Part shown: one piece after another, positions 56,094 through 64,000 of the stretch
Layout: the number at the start of each line of letters is the position of its first letter
Numbering within the stretch: the first letter of the stretch is position 1
Source: a virus
Reading direction: 5' to 3' (one strand)
IMG/VR virus record: IMGVR_UViG_3300042348_000780
DNA: 64,000 nt
The notes under the pieces: model-generated
The model's database searches: none
What the model was told of the DNA's origin: nothing
Seen by the model: the letters and a program-made list of their open reading frames with translations, nothing else
Program-made: the position numbers and the translations under genes

Positions 56094-56635
56094 TGGGTAA
56101 AATAGATGATTTTAGAAAATATTTCGTAGGAGTAAAGTCCAACAGATTTAAAGTAACTGGTGGCATTCCATCTTCATTAAGATCACAAATCAATTCAAGT
56201 GTCTTTAACCAGGCACTTGAAATTTATTGCAAAGCAACTCAATTTCCAGGTTCTAGTGTTGGTTCTATAAATCTAAATTATAGAGGTAGACCTGTGAAAT
56301 TCCCAGCAGAAAGATCAGCAGCTGATTGGGCAATACAGGTATATTCATCAGAACACCAATCAGAAGATTTAAGAACTTTTTTCCAAAGATGGATTGATTT
56401 CATCAACAGTGGTAATCATGACAAGATGAATTGGAAAGCCTATGCTGCAGAATGGGTAGTTTCCTATAACGATATGACTGCTGCTCAATCCAACTCTAAA
56501 TATAAAACTTTTTGTTCTTTAATTAACGTATTTCCTATTGATATTTCTCCAATAGAATTGACAAACGATGCCACTGATGTTTTTGCAGAATTTACTGTGA
56601 CATTGAGTTATGATTATTCTGTATTTTATCCCTAA
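56093..56635 (+). CDS. gp19: Second tail tube protein gp19 paralog
   Basis: Same motifs; MGKIDDFR vs MGKIDIFR; ATG 56093 via TAATG. Confidence 0.85.
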   Translation: MGKIDDFRKYFVGVKSNRFKVTGGIPSSLRSQINSSVFNQALEIYCKATQFPGSSVGSINLNYRGRPVKFPAERSAADWAIQVYSSEHQSEDLRTFFQRWIDFINSGNHDKMNWKAYAAEWVVSYNDMTAAQSNSKYKTFCSLINVFPIDISPIELTNDATDVFAEFTVTLSYDYSVFYP

Positions 56636-56643
56636 ATAGTATT

Positions 56644-58215
56644 ATGGCTAACAATTTTTTTGGTTTTTTATTCGGAAAAAATAATAATAATGAACTATCT
56701 CCAATAACTCAAGAGGTAGGCAATCAACCATCATTTGCTGCACCAGATGATTATGACGGAACAATAACCGCAGAATCTGGTGGTTTCTTCTCTACAGTTT
56801 ATGATTTCGGTGGTTCTATACGAGATGACAATACACAATTATCTCATTATAGATCTATGTCATTGTATCCAGAAGTGGATATGGCAATTGAAGATATTAT
56901 TAATGAAACTATTGTATATGATGAAGATCATAATGCAGTTTTCTTAGATCTTTCAAACGTAGATAATTTATCTCCACAGATCAAGGATAAAATTCATAAA
57001 GAATTTAAGGGTATTCTTAAATTATTAAAATTTAATCATCAAGGTTGCGATATTTTTAGAAAATGGTATATCGATGGAAGATTATATTATCATACGATTA
57101 TTGATGTAACCAGACCAGAAAAGGGTATACAGGAACTTCGTTTAATTGATCCATTAAAGATTAAGAAGGTTCGTAAAGTAGATAAAGAAATTAAAAATAT
57201 TAATGGTATTCAGACAAATCTAATTAAGAATATCGAAGAATATTTTGTTTATACAGATCTGGATCCTGATGCAATCATGCAAACCAGTTCTTCTGGCCTT
57301 AAAATCGCATTAGATTCGATAACGTATGTTCACTCTGGTTTGATTGATTTAAATTCAAAACGTGTTATAGGCTATCTACATAAGGCTATTCGCCCTCTTA
57401 ATATGTTACGTCAAATTGAAGATGCAGTTGTCATCTACAGAATGACAAGAGCACCCGAAAGACGTATTTTTTATATTGATGTTGGTAATTTACCAAAAAA
57501 TAAAGCCGAACAATATATGCGTGAGTTAATGAATCGATATAGAAATCGATTAGTTTACGATCAAAAAACTGGTGAAGTTAAAGATGATCGTGCTCATTTA
57601 ACAATGCTTGAGGATTATTGGATTCCACGAAGAGAAGGTGGTCGTGGTACTGAAATATCTACTTTAGATGGCGGTCAAAATTTAGGCCAAATGGAAGATG
57701 TCGAATATCTTCAAAGAAAATTATATAGAGCATTGAATGTTCCCATATCAAGACTTGAAACAACAACTGGTTTTAATATGGGTAGATCCAGCGAAATAAG
57801 CCGCGATGAAGTAAAATTCTTTAAATTTATTGAAAGATTACGAGCAAAATTTGCCATGTTGTTCTTAGATCTTTTAAAGAAACAATTAATTCTTAAAGGC
57901 ATCTGTACATTAAATGATTGGGAAAAGATATACCAAGATATAAACTTCACTTTCACTAAAGATTCATATTTCACAGAATTAAAGGAAAATGAAATTCTTA
58001 GAGAAAAAGTGGATATGTTAAATATATTGGCTTCTTATGAAGGTAAATATTTCTCTTCTAAGTATATTCGTAAGCATATTTTACGACAATCCGATGAAAT
58101 GATGCGTCAAATTGATGTAGAAATATCATCAGAACAAGCACTTGCTGCACAGGCACAAGCACAACAACAAATGATGCAAGGTCCACCGCAACAAGAGGAA
58201 GAACCTAAAAAATGA
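56644..58215 (+). CDS. gp20: Portal protein gp20
   Basis: WYIDGR; RAPERRIFYIDVGNLPK.KAEQY; EDYW.PRREGGRGTEI.TL.GGQNL. Confidence 0.98.
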   Translation: MANNFFGFLFGKNNNNELSPITQEVGNQPSFAAPDDYDGTITAESGGFFSTVYDFGGSIRDDNTQLSHYRSMSLYPEVDMAIEDIINETIVYDEDHNAVFLDLSNVDNLSPQIKDKIHKEFKGILKLLKFNHQGCDIFRKWYIDGRLYYHTIIDVTRPEKGIQELRLIDPLKIKKVRKVDKEIKNINGIQTNLIKNIEEYFVYTDLDPDAIMQTSSSGLKIALDSITYVHSGLIDLNSKRVIGYLHKAIRPLNMLRQIEDAVVIYRMTRAPERRIFYIDVGNLPKNKAEQYMRELMNRYRNRLVYDQKTGEVKDDRAHLTMLEDYWIPRREGGRGTEISTLDGGQNLGQMEDVEYLQRKLYRALNVPISRLETTTGFNMGRSSEISRDEVKFFKFIERLRAKFAMLFLDLLKKQLILKGICTLNDWEKIYQDINFTFTKDSYFTELKENEILREKVDMLNILASYEGKYFSSKYIRKHILRQSDEMMRQIDVEISSEQALAAQAQAQQQMMQGPPQQEEEPKK

Positions 58216-58481
58216 GATATTATTATCATGAAAAGGAAAGATTGGTTAAATTATTCAATTCATCAAAAAAGTTAAAATTGCCAGTTACAATTTATTTAAG
58301 AGATAGAAACACAATAATTTTAAATCCACCTCAAGTACAAATGATTCAATCTTTTGTGAATAGTGATAATAAAAAATTAAAAATGCTGTTATCGGATAAA
58401 AAAACCATAAATAATTTTCTTGGACATTTTACAGAAAATCTTAAAAAAATAAATAATAAAAGAACTAGGAGCAAACAATGA
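58212..58481 (+). CDS. Hypothetical protein
   Basis: 89-aa ORF with ATGA overlaps. Confidence 0.55.
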   Translation: MRYYYHEKERLVKLFNSSKKLKLPVTIYLRDRNTIILNPPQVQMIQSFVNSDNKKLKMLLSDKKTINNFLGHFTENLKKINNKRTRSKQ

Positions 58482-58996
58482 ATAATTTTTCTGATCTTAT
58501 ACCCCTTATAATGGAAAATAAGTTATCACAAGCTAAAGATATATTAAATGAACGCCTTTACACTAAACTTGGTGTAATGCTTGAGCAACGTCTAGAAGAC
58601 TACGCACCAACTGTGTTCATGACACAAGAAGAGTTGGAAATTCATGAAGCTAAGAAAAAAATGGAAGAAGATGATAAAGAAGACAGTGAAGATGAAATAG
58701 ATTATGAAGACGAAGATAATGATGGTGATATTGATGAAGATGGTGATAAAGACGATAGTGATGAGTATTTAAAAAATAGATCTGAGAAAATTAAAAAAAA
58801 TACAAATGAAGAAATAGATTCTGATGATGACGATATCATTGAAGAAGAATTTATGACAGAATTGACTGCCATTGTCGAAGAAATAGAAGCAGAACTTGGT
58901 GAAGAACTAACAGAAGAAGAAATAGCCGAAATAGCAGAAGAATTACTTTCAGAAGAAGAAATTTGCGAAGACTGTGAAGAAGAAACCCAAGAATAA
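58478..58996 (+). CDS. Highly acidic prohead core protein (gp67-like)
   Basis: Asp/Glu-rich; between portal and protease. Confidence 0.6.
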   Translation: MNNFSDLIPLIMENKLSQAKDILNERLYTKLGVMLEQRLEDYAPTVFMTQEELEIHEAKKKMEEDDKEDSEDEIDYEDEDNDGDIDEDGDKDDSDEYLKNRSEKIKKNTNEEIDSDDDDIIEEEFMTELTAIVEEIEAELGEELTEEEIAEIAEELLSEEEICEDCEEETQE

Positions 58997-59004
58997 GGAA
59001 TTCC

Positions 59005-59646
59005 ATGAAGTTAATCACAGAAACAATTGAAAACGTAAAAACTCTTGTAGAGTCTACCGACAATGGTAAAAATTATTATATTGAAGGTATTATGATGCAA
59101 GGTGAAACTGTGAATCGTAATGGAAGAAAATATAGCATTAATATTCTTGAAAACGAGTGTGGCCGTTATGTCAAGGAATACGTTGATAAAAAACGTGCTC
59201 TAGGTGAATTAAATCACCCATCTGGTCCATCTGTAAATCTAGATCGTGTCTCACACATGATTGTAGAATTAAATCAAGAAGGTAATAATTTCATCGGTAA
59301 AGCTAAAATATTAGATACACCGATGGGTAAAATTGTTAAATCATTGATTGATGAAGGTGCTTTATTGGGTGTTTCTTCAAGAGGTATGGGAACATTAAAA
59401 AGAGTAAACGAAATTAATGAAGTTCAATCAGACTTTACTTTAAGTGCTATTGATATTGTTGCTGATCCATCAGCTCCAGATGCCTTTGTAAATGGTATTC
59501 TGGAAGGAAAAGAGTGGGTATGGCACAATGGATTACTTAGAGAAAAAGAATTGTCTGAAATGAAAAAACAATTGCAAAAGACCAGTAAAAAAGATATGGA
59601 AAAAAAAGCCATAAAAATGTTTGAAAACTTTTTGAGGAAGTTATGA
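59005..59646 (+). CDS. gp21: Prohead protease gp21
   Basis: NRNGR.Y; ALGEL.HP; GVSSRG.G; DIVADPSAPDAFV. Confidence 0.97.
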   Translation: MKLITETIENVKTLVESTDNGKNYYIEGIMMQGETVNRNGRKYSINILENECGRYVKEYVDKKRALGELNHPSGPSVNLDRVSHMIVELNQEGNNFIGKAKILDTPMGKIVKSLIDEGALLGVSSRGMGTLKRVNEINEVQSDFTLSAIDIVADPSAPDAFVNGILEGKEWVWHNGLLREKELSEMKKQLQKTSKKDMEKKAIKMFENFLRKL

Positions 59647-60401
59647 AAAACGAAACAAATATTTCATCAAGCATATCTTGCAGAAATGCAAGATATGCTA
59701 TTTACTGTAAAGTTCATAATGATTTAAAAGAAAATAATAGTATAAAACAAATCAATGAAAAATTCTTTAGTGGTGGTACTCCACTATTTCAGAAATTAGG
59801 TAGTAGATTAGCACTTGCTGCCAGAAAAGGATTGAGAACTGTTAGGGGTCCAATAACAACTGGTCAATATAGTCAAAAAATGGGTGCATTGCCTGTACAA
59901 AAACCATCTATTATGGCGGCTGCTTTACCTAAACTCGCCACAATGGGATTAAGAGCTGCTATATCTAGTGGTTTAAATTTTCCAACCGCACGTGGTAATG
60001 TAACTAATCCTTTAAAGGGAGTAACAAACTTAGGTAGTGTTTTGAGAGCTGGCAGAGCTGTATCAAATGCTTTTAGAACAAATCAACCTCAAGAACCACA
60101 AACATCTACATCTCCAGTAACAGCTAGATCTGGTCCAAAACCATTAATGACTGCTGCTCAATTAGCATCACAGATAAGATCAACACAACAAGAATTAGCG
60201 AGAAGATCTACTCAAGAAATAGATTTATTACCAAGATCATCTAGAATAAGTCGTATTGCTGCATTGAGAGCAACAGAACAAAGATTAAAAGATCTTCAAG
60301 CACAAAATACAGGTATATTGGGATTTAAATATGATGAGGATGATGTATATCCCAAACCAAATTTATACAAACCACCAAATAATCCAGACCCTACGAATTA
60401 G
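59643..60401 (+). CDS. Basic hypothetical protein inserted between gp21 and gp22
   Basis: 252-aa ORF with ATGA overlap. Confidence 0.6.
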   Translation: MKNETNISSSISCRNARYAIYCKVHNDLKENNSIKQINEKFFSGGTPLFQKLGSRLALAARKGLRTVRGPITTGQYSQKMGALPVQKPSIMAAALPKLATMGLRAAISSGLNFPTARGNVTNPLKGVTNLGSVLRAGRAVSNAFRTNQPQEPQTSTSPVTARSGPKPLMTAAQLASQIRSTQQELARRSTQEIDLLPRSSRISRIAALRATEQRLKDLQAQNTGILGFKYDEDDVYPKPNLYKPPNNPDPTN

Positions 60402-60444
60402 TCCAACAATAGACGTTACATATCGTTATGTAAATAATAAAAAA

Positions 60445-60452
60445 TATAAATA
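60445..60452 (+). promoter_or_regulatory. T4-type late promoter
   Basis: TATAAATA before gp22. Confidence 0.7.
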
Positions 60453-60473
60453 ATATTACTTACGGAGAAAATT

Positions 60474-61409
60474 ATGAATCAAGGTCAAGATGTACAAGAT
60501 GCAACAGGAAAGGGAACTTTCGCCTCGAATGGCGTAACTCCTATGTTTGCTAAACCAATTGCAAAAGACGGTTTAGCAAAAGCAAACATGGCTTCACTTT
60601 CACCTCAAGGTGGTGCAGCACCAAAGCAAAACACCACAGAAGAACCAGAAGATGATATGGAAGAAACCAAAGAATCAGTACAATTAGATATTACTGATTA
60701 TGTTGATGCACTTTTTGAAGGACAAGATCTTTCAGATGAATTCAAAGCAAAGGCTGCAACCTTGTTTGAAGCTGCTTTGAATGAAAAAGTAGCAATCATC
60801 GAACAAGCAATTTTACAAGCATCACAAGAAGTAATTGAGGAAGAAGTATCCGCAGTAGCATCTACTCTCACTGAGCAAGTAGACGGTTATCTTGGATATG
60901 TTCTCAATGAATGGATGGAAGAAAATCGTCTTCAAGTCGAGCAAGGTTTCCGTACCGAGATTGCCGAAAACTTTATCCAAGGACTCAAAGAGTTGTTTGA
61001 AAATAACTATATTGAAGTTCCAGAAGAAAAGGTCGATCTCGTTGATGAATTATTTGCCGAGAATCGTCAACTTGAAGAAAATCTTAATCAACTCATGAAA
61101 CAGCACATGGAATTACAAGAGAAAAATATTGTAAATGAATGTGCTAATGTTTTCATGGAACTTTCATCAGATCTTGCAGATACAGAAGTTGAAAAACTTG
61201 CTTCACTCTGCGAGTCTATTGAATTCAATTCAGTTGATCAATACAAAGAAAAAGTAAAAATACTCAAAGAGTCATATTTTAATGGTAAGTCACCTGAAGC
61301 AGAAAGCCTCACCGAAGAAACTACTACTTCATCTAAACCATTTATCAATGAAGATATGAATGTTTATGTCAATTCAATCAGTAAGCATCTCAAAGCCATA
61401 AAAGGTTAA
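60474..61409 (+). CDS. gp22: Prohead core scaffold gp22
   Basis: LS.EFK.KA.T.FEAA; VD.YL.YV..EWM.EN; LKESYF. Confidence 0.93.
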   Translation: MNQGQDVQDATGKGTFASNGVTPMFAKPIAKDGLAKANMASLSPQGGAAPKQNTTEEPEDDMEETKESVQLDITDYVDALFEGQDLSDEFKAKAATLFEAALNEKVAIIEQAILQASQEVIEEEVSAVASTLTEQVDGYLGYVLNEWMEENRLQVEQGFRTEIAENFIQGLKELFENNYIEVPEEKVDLVDELFAENRQLEENLNQLMKQHMELQEKNIVNECANVFMELSSDLADTEVEKLASLCESIEFNSVDQYKEKVKILKESYFNGKSPEAESLTEETTTSSKPFINEDMNVYVNSISKHLKAIKG

Positions 61410-61438
61410 TTTAACAAAAAGAAAATAGGAGAAATAAA

Positions 61439-62866
61439 ATGGATTTTAATGGAATAACCCCTTATGACCAACTTCTTGAGAAGTGGTCCCCAATCATTGA
61501 TCACCCAGAATTAGACAAGATCAATGACATTCAACGTCGTCGTAATACCGCAGTTCTTCTTGAGAATCAAAAGAAGGCACTCAGAGAAGGTGCAAGTGAT
61601 TTCCTCACAGAAGCACCTGTAAATGCTATGGGTGGCAATTTTGCCAATAATCAAGTAGCTCAAGGTGGCGCATCAACATCAGCTCTCGCTGGTTATGATC
61701 CAATCCTAATCAGCCTTGTTCGTCGTGCAATGCCTAACGTCGTTGCTTATGATGTAGCAAGCGTTCAACCAATGTCAGCACCAACTGGTCTTATCTTTGC
61801 ATTCCGTTCAAGATACGACAATCAAGCTGGTCTTGAGGCAATGTATGATGAACCAATCGCATCCTTCGCTGGTGCTCTTGGATCAACTGGTGTTGGTGCT
61901 GGTGCTACTGGCTTTACTTATACCAACCCATTTGGTCTAGGTGCTTCATCTGGTAGCTGGAATGCTTCACCAGATCGTAAAGATTTGTTTAATTCATTCC
62001 GTGGTTTCCTTACACAAAATGCAGAATCACTCGGTGAAGCTGGCAACCCATTCAAGGAAATGTCATTCAGCATTGAACGTGTCGCAGTACAAGCTCGTAC
62101 ACGCGCACTCAAGGCAGAATACACAACTGAACTTGCACAAGATCTCAAGGCTGTTCACGGTCTTGATGCTGAGGCGGAACTCGCAAATATTCTTTCAACT
62201 GAAATCTTGAACGAAATCAACCGCGAAATTCTCCGTGCAGTTTACACCATTGCCAAGACAGGTTCACAACAAAGAGATCTTTCATACTCTGGTTCATACG
62301 ATCTCTCAACAGATTCTGACGGTCGTTGGTCAGCTGAAAGATATCGTGGCCTCATGTTCCAAATCGAACGTGAAGCAAACGTCATTGCGAAAGAAACTCG
62401 TAGAGGCAAGGGTAACTTCATTCTTTGCAGCGCAGATGTTGCTTCTGCTCTCGCAATGGGTGGATTCCTTAATCTCTCACCAGCACTCAACGTCAATATG
62501 AATGTTGATGATACTGGTAACGTCTTCGCAGGCGTTCTCAACGGCAAGTACAAGGTCTTCATCGATCCATTCGTTCCTGCTGGTGTTGACTTCTTCATGG
62601 TTGGTTATAAGGGTCAATCCCCATATGACGCTGGTATGTTCTACTGCCCATACGTTCCGCTACAAATGGTACGTGCAGTCGGTCAAGATACCTTCCAACC
62701 CAAGATTGGCTTCAAGACTCGTTACGGCATGGTCGCAAATCCATTCGCCAAGGGTCGTGATGTAATCAGCGCAAACGCTGAAGGTTTGGATGCTAATAGC
62801 AACGTCTATTACAGACTTACTCGCGTAGTCAATCTCCATGGTCTTGATTCAGGCTTCAATACCTGA
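61439..62866 (+). CDS. gp23: Major capsid protein gp23
   Basis: LISLVRR.MP; VQPM..PTGLIFA; ELAQDLKAVHGLDAE.EL; YCPYVPLQM; FQPKIGFKTRYG. Confidence 0.99.
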   Translation: MDFNGITPYDQLLEKWSPIIDHPELDKINDIQRRRNTAVLLENQKKALREGASDFLTEAPVNAMGGNFANNQVAQGGASTSALAGYDPILISLVRRAMPNVVAYDVASVQPMSAPTGLIFAFRSRYDNQAGLEAMYDEPIASFAGALGSTGVGAGATGFTYTNPFGLGASSGSWNASPDRKDLFNSFRGFLTQNAESLGEAGNPFKEMSFSIERVAVQARTRALKAEYTTELAQDLKAVHGLDAEAELANILSTEILNEINREILRAVYTIAKTGSQQRDLSYSGSYDLSTDSDGRWSAERYRGLMFQIEREANVIAKETRRGKGNFILCSADVASALAMGGFLNLSPALNVNMNVDDTGNVFAGVLNGKYKVFIDPFVPAGVDFFMVGYKGQSPYDAGMFYCPYVPLQMVRAVGQDTFQPKIGFKTRYGMVANPFAKGRDVISANAEGLDANSNVYYRLTRVVNLHGLDSGFNT

Positions 62867-62890
62867 TAATAACCCGTAAGGTTTATAAGG

Positions 62891-62917
62891 AAAAGGGTGG
62901 CGAAAGCCACCCTTTTT
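62891..62917 (+). terminator. Rho-independent terminator after gp23
   Basis: AAAAGGGTGGC-GAAA-GCCACCCTTTTT. Confidence 0.92.
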
Positions 62918-62935
62918 CATTGCATAAATAATAGT

Positions 62936-63502
62936 ATGTTTAATCCAGCAAATATACCAGCTTCTGTGAAGGCAAATTTGCCTGGTGATTTTTATTCATC
63001 AAATCCATCTATACCAGTAAATACAAACTTTCTTCTACAGAATAGATTTGTATTTACATTGAGTAGATGCCCAACAATGAGTTATTTTCTTCAACGAGTA
63101 AATTTACCTTCTTTGAGTATTGGTATATCACCGCAGTCTAACCCAACACCAATAGATATACGTCTAGCTGGAAATAGATTTCAATTCGAAGATTTACAGG
63201 TTAGTTTTCCAGTTGATGAATATATGATGAATTATAAAGAATTGTTCGATTGGATGAAGGGTTTGGCCCCATACACAGATAATGTAGAGGAATTAAAGGA
63301 TATACATAAAACATCTGATGCTACATTGGTTATTTTGAACAGTCAATATAATCCAATTATCACATATAAGTTTTATAATATATTTCCTAGTTTTTTATCT
63401 GGATTAGATTTTGATGTTACTTTAAATGATACTGATGTTGTGATTGCCTCGGCAGTATTTACATATACACACTTTGATATTTTTGAAGATAAGACTTTAT
63501 AA
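62936..63502 (+). CDS. gp3: Tail tube terminator / completion protein gp3 (start re-called)
   Basis: NFL...F.F...R.P...YF.Q.VNLP; F.VDE.M.NY.E...W; SDATL.ILNS; CATAAATA 5 nt before ATG 62936. Confidence 0.88.
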   Translation: MFNPANIPASVKANLPGDFYSSNPSIPVNTNFLLQNRFVFTLSRCPTMSYFLQRVNLPSLSIGISPQSNPTPIDIRLAGNRFQFEDLQVSFPVDEYMMNYKELFDWMKGLAPYTDNVEELKDIHKTSDATLVILNSQYNPIITYKFYNIFPSFLSGLDFDVTLNDTDVVIASAVFTYTHFDIFEDKTL

Positions 63503-63503
63503 T

Positions 63504-63938
63504 ATGACACTAAATGATATTAAAAAAATGGTAGAGGATGATGTCCTCATTGATAATACAAGTTTAGATCACGAAGCCTCGGTTGTTCCTCAACAACATA
63601 ACAAATATCTTTGTATATTGTCTGATGAAAAACTAGTATTGGCTAAGTTTGAAACAGATTTAAATGTTCTAAAAAGAAATAAATGGCTATATTACTCTGG
63701 AAAATTGAGTGAAGAACAACTGCACGATTTAGGTTGGGAACCATTTGAATTAGCACTAATACGTCAAGATTTAGATAAATTTATTGACAGCGATAAAGAT
63801 GTAATTCAACTTGAATTAAAGGTAACTATGCAAAAAGAAAAAGTCAATTATCTAGAAAGTGTAGTTAAAATTATTTCAAACAAAATTTGGTCTATTCGAG
63901 CATCAATCGAATGGATTAAATTTACTCAAGGTGTATAA
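63504..63938 (+). CDS. uvsY: Recombination mediator UvsY (start re-called)
   Basis: LD.E...P..H.KY; KW.YYSGK; V.YLE...K.I....W.I...IEW.KF..G. Confidence 0.9.
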   Translation: MTLNDIKKMVEDDVLIDNTSLDHEASVVPQQHNKYLCILSDEKLVLAKFETDLNVLKRNKWLYYSGKLSEEQLHDLGWEPFELALIRQDLDKFIDSDKDVIQLELKVTMQKEKVNYLESVVKIISNKIWSIRASIEWIKFTQGV

Positions 63939-64000
63939 TGTTAAAGATTCATAAGGTCGATGAAGTATATTTGAAAATCGACTGTGAGCCTTCGATTGCG
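63938..64000 (+). CDS. uvsW: UvsW helicase, 5' fragment (truncated by window)
   Basis: MLKIHKVDEVYLKIDCEPSIA; TAATG coupling; gp3-uvsY-uvsW synteny. Confidence 0.75.
   Translation, partial: MLKIHKVDEVYLKIDCEPSIA

Noticed and set aside
61918-62765. Alternative-frame and antisense ORFs within gp23 and other core genes
   Set aside because: These are shadow ORFs from codon bias in strongly conserved genes.
3794-64000. Stop-codon reassignment
   Set aside because: Core genes are full length in the standard code and use TAA, TAG and TGA as stops; no suppressor tRNA is seen.

Overview
Segment of a large, AT-rich T4-like (myovirus) phage genome in the standard genetic code. From about 17.9 kb to the end it holds the T4-type core: gp33, gp32, baseplate genes (gp51, 26, 54, 4, 48, 53, 27-like, 25, 6, 7, 8), Cys-rich fibre-like proteins, gp13-gp23 with a duplicated gp19, gp3, uvsY and the start of uvsW. 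The first 17 kb is accessory DNA with three notable parts. (1) Bases 1-3544 are GC-richer and form an array of single-gene cassettes. Each cassette has its own sigma70 promoter and terminator-like hairpin. Cassettes are separated by a repeated element made of two DnaA boxes and a bulged palindrome (ACTATCAACA...TGTTGATAGT) with compensatory stem changes. Cargo includes a Csx16-like protein (candidate anti-type III CRISPR ring nuclease). (2) Bases 3.8-11 kb encode about 13 unrelated small proteins sharing an N-terminal MKSFKxYLxE tag resembling the T4 internal-protein capsid-targeting sequence, among them an HsdS-TRD-like and GNAT-like proteins. (3) A tRNA region holds tRNA-Lys(UUU), tRNA-Ile(UAU), a D-armless tRNA-Arg(UCU) and a 151-nt tRNA-like ncRNA. 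Many promoters sit 5-7 nt upstream of an ATG, suggesting leaderless mRNAs. All family assignments come from motif recognition by eye, not database searches.
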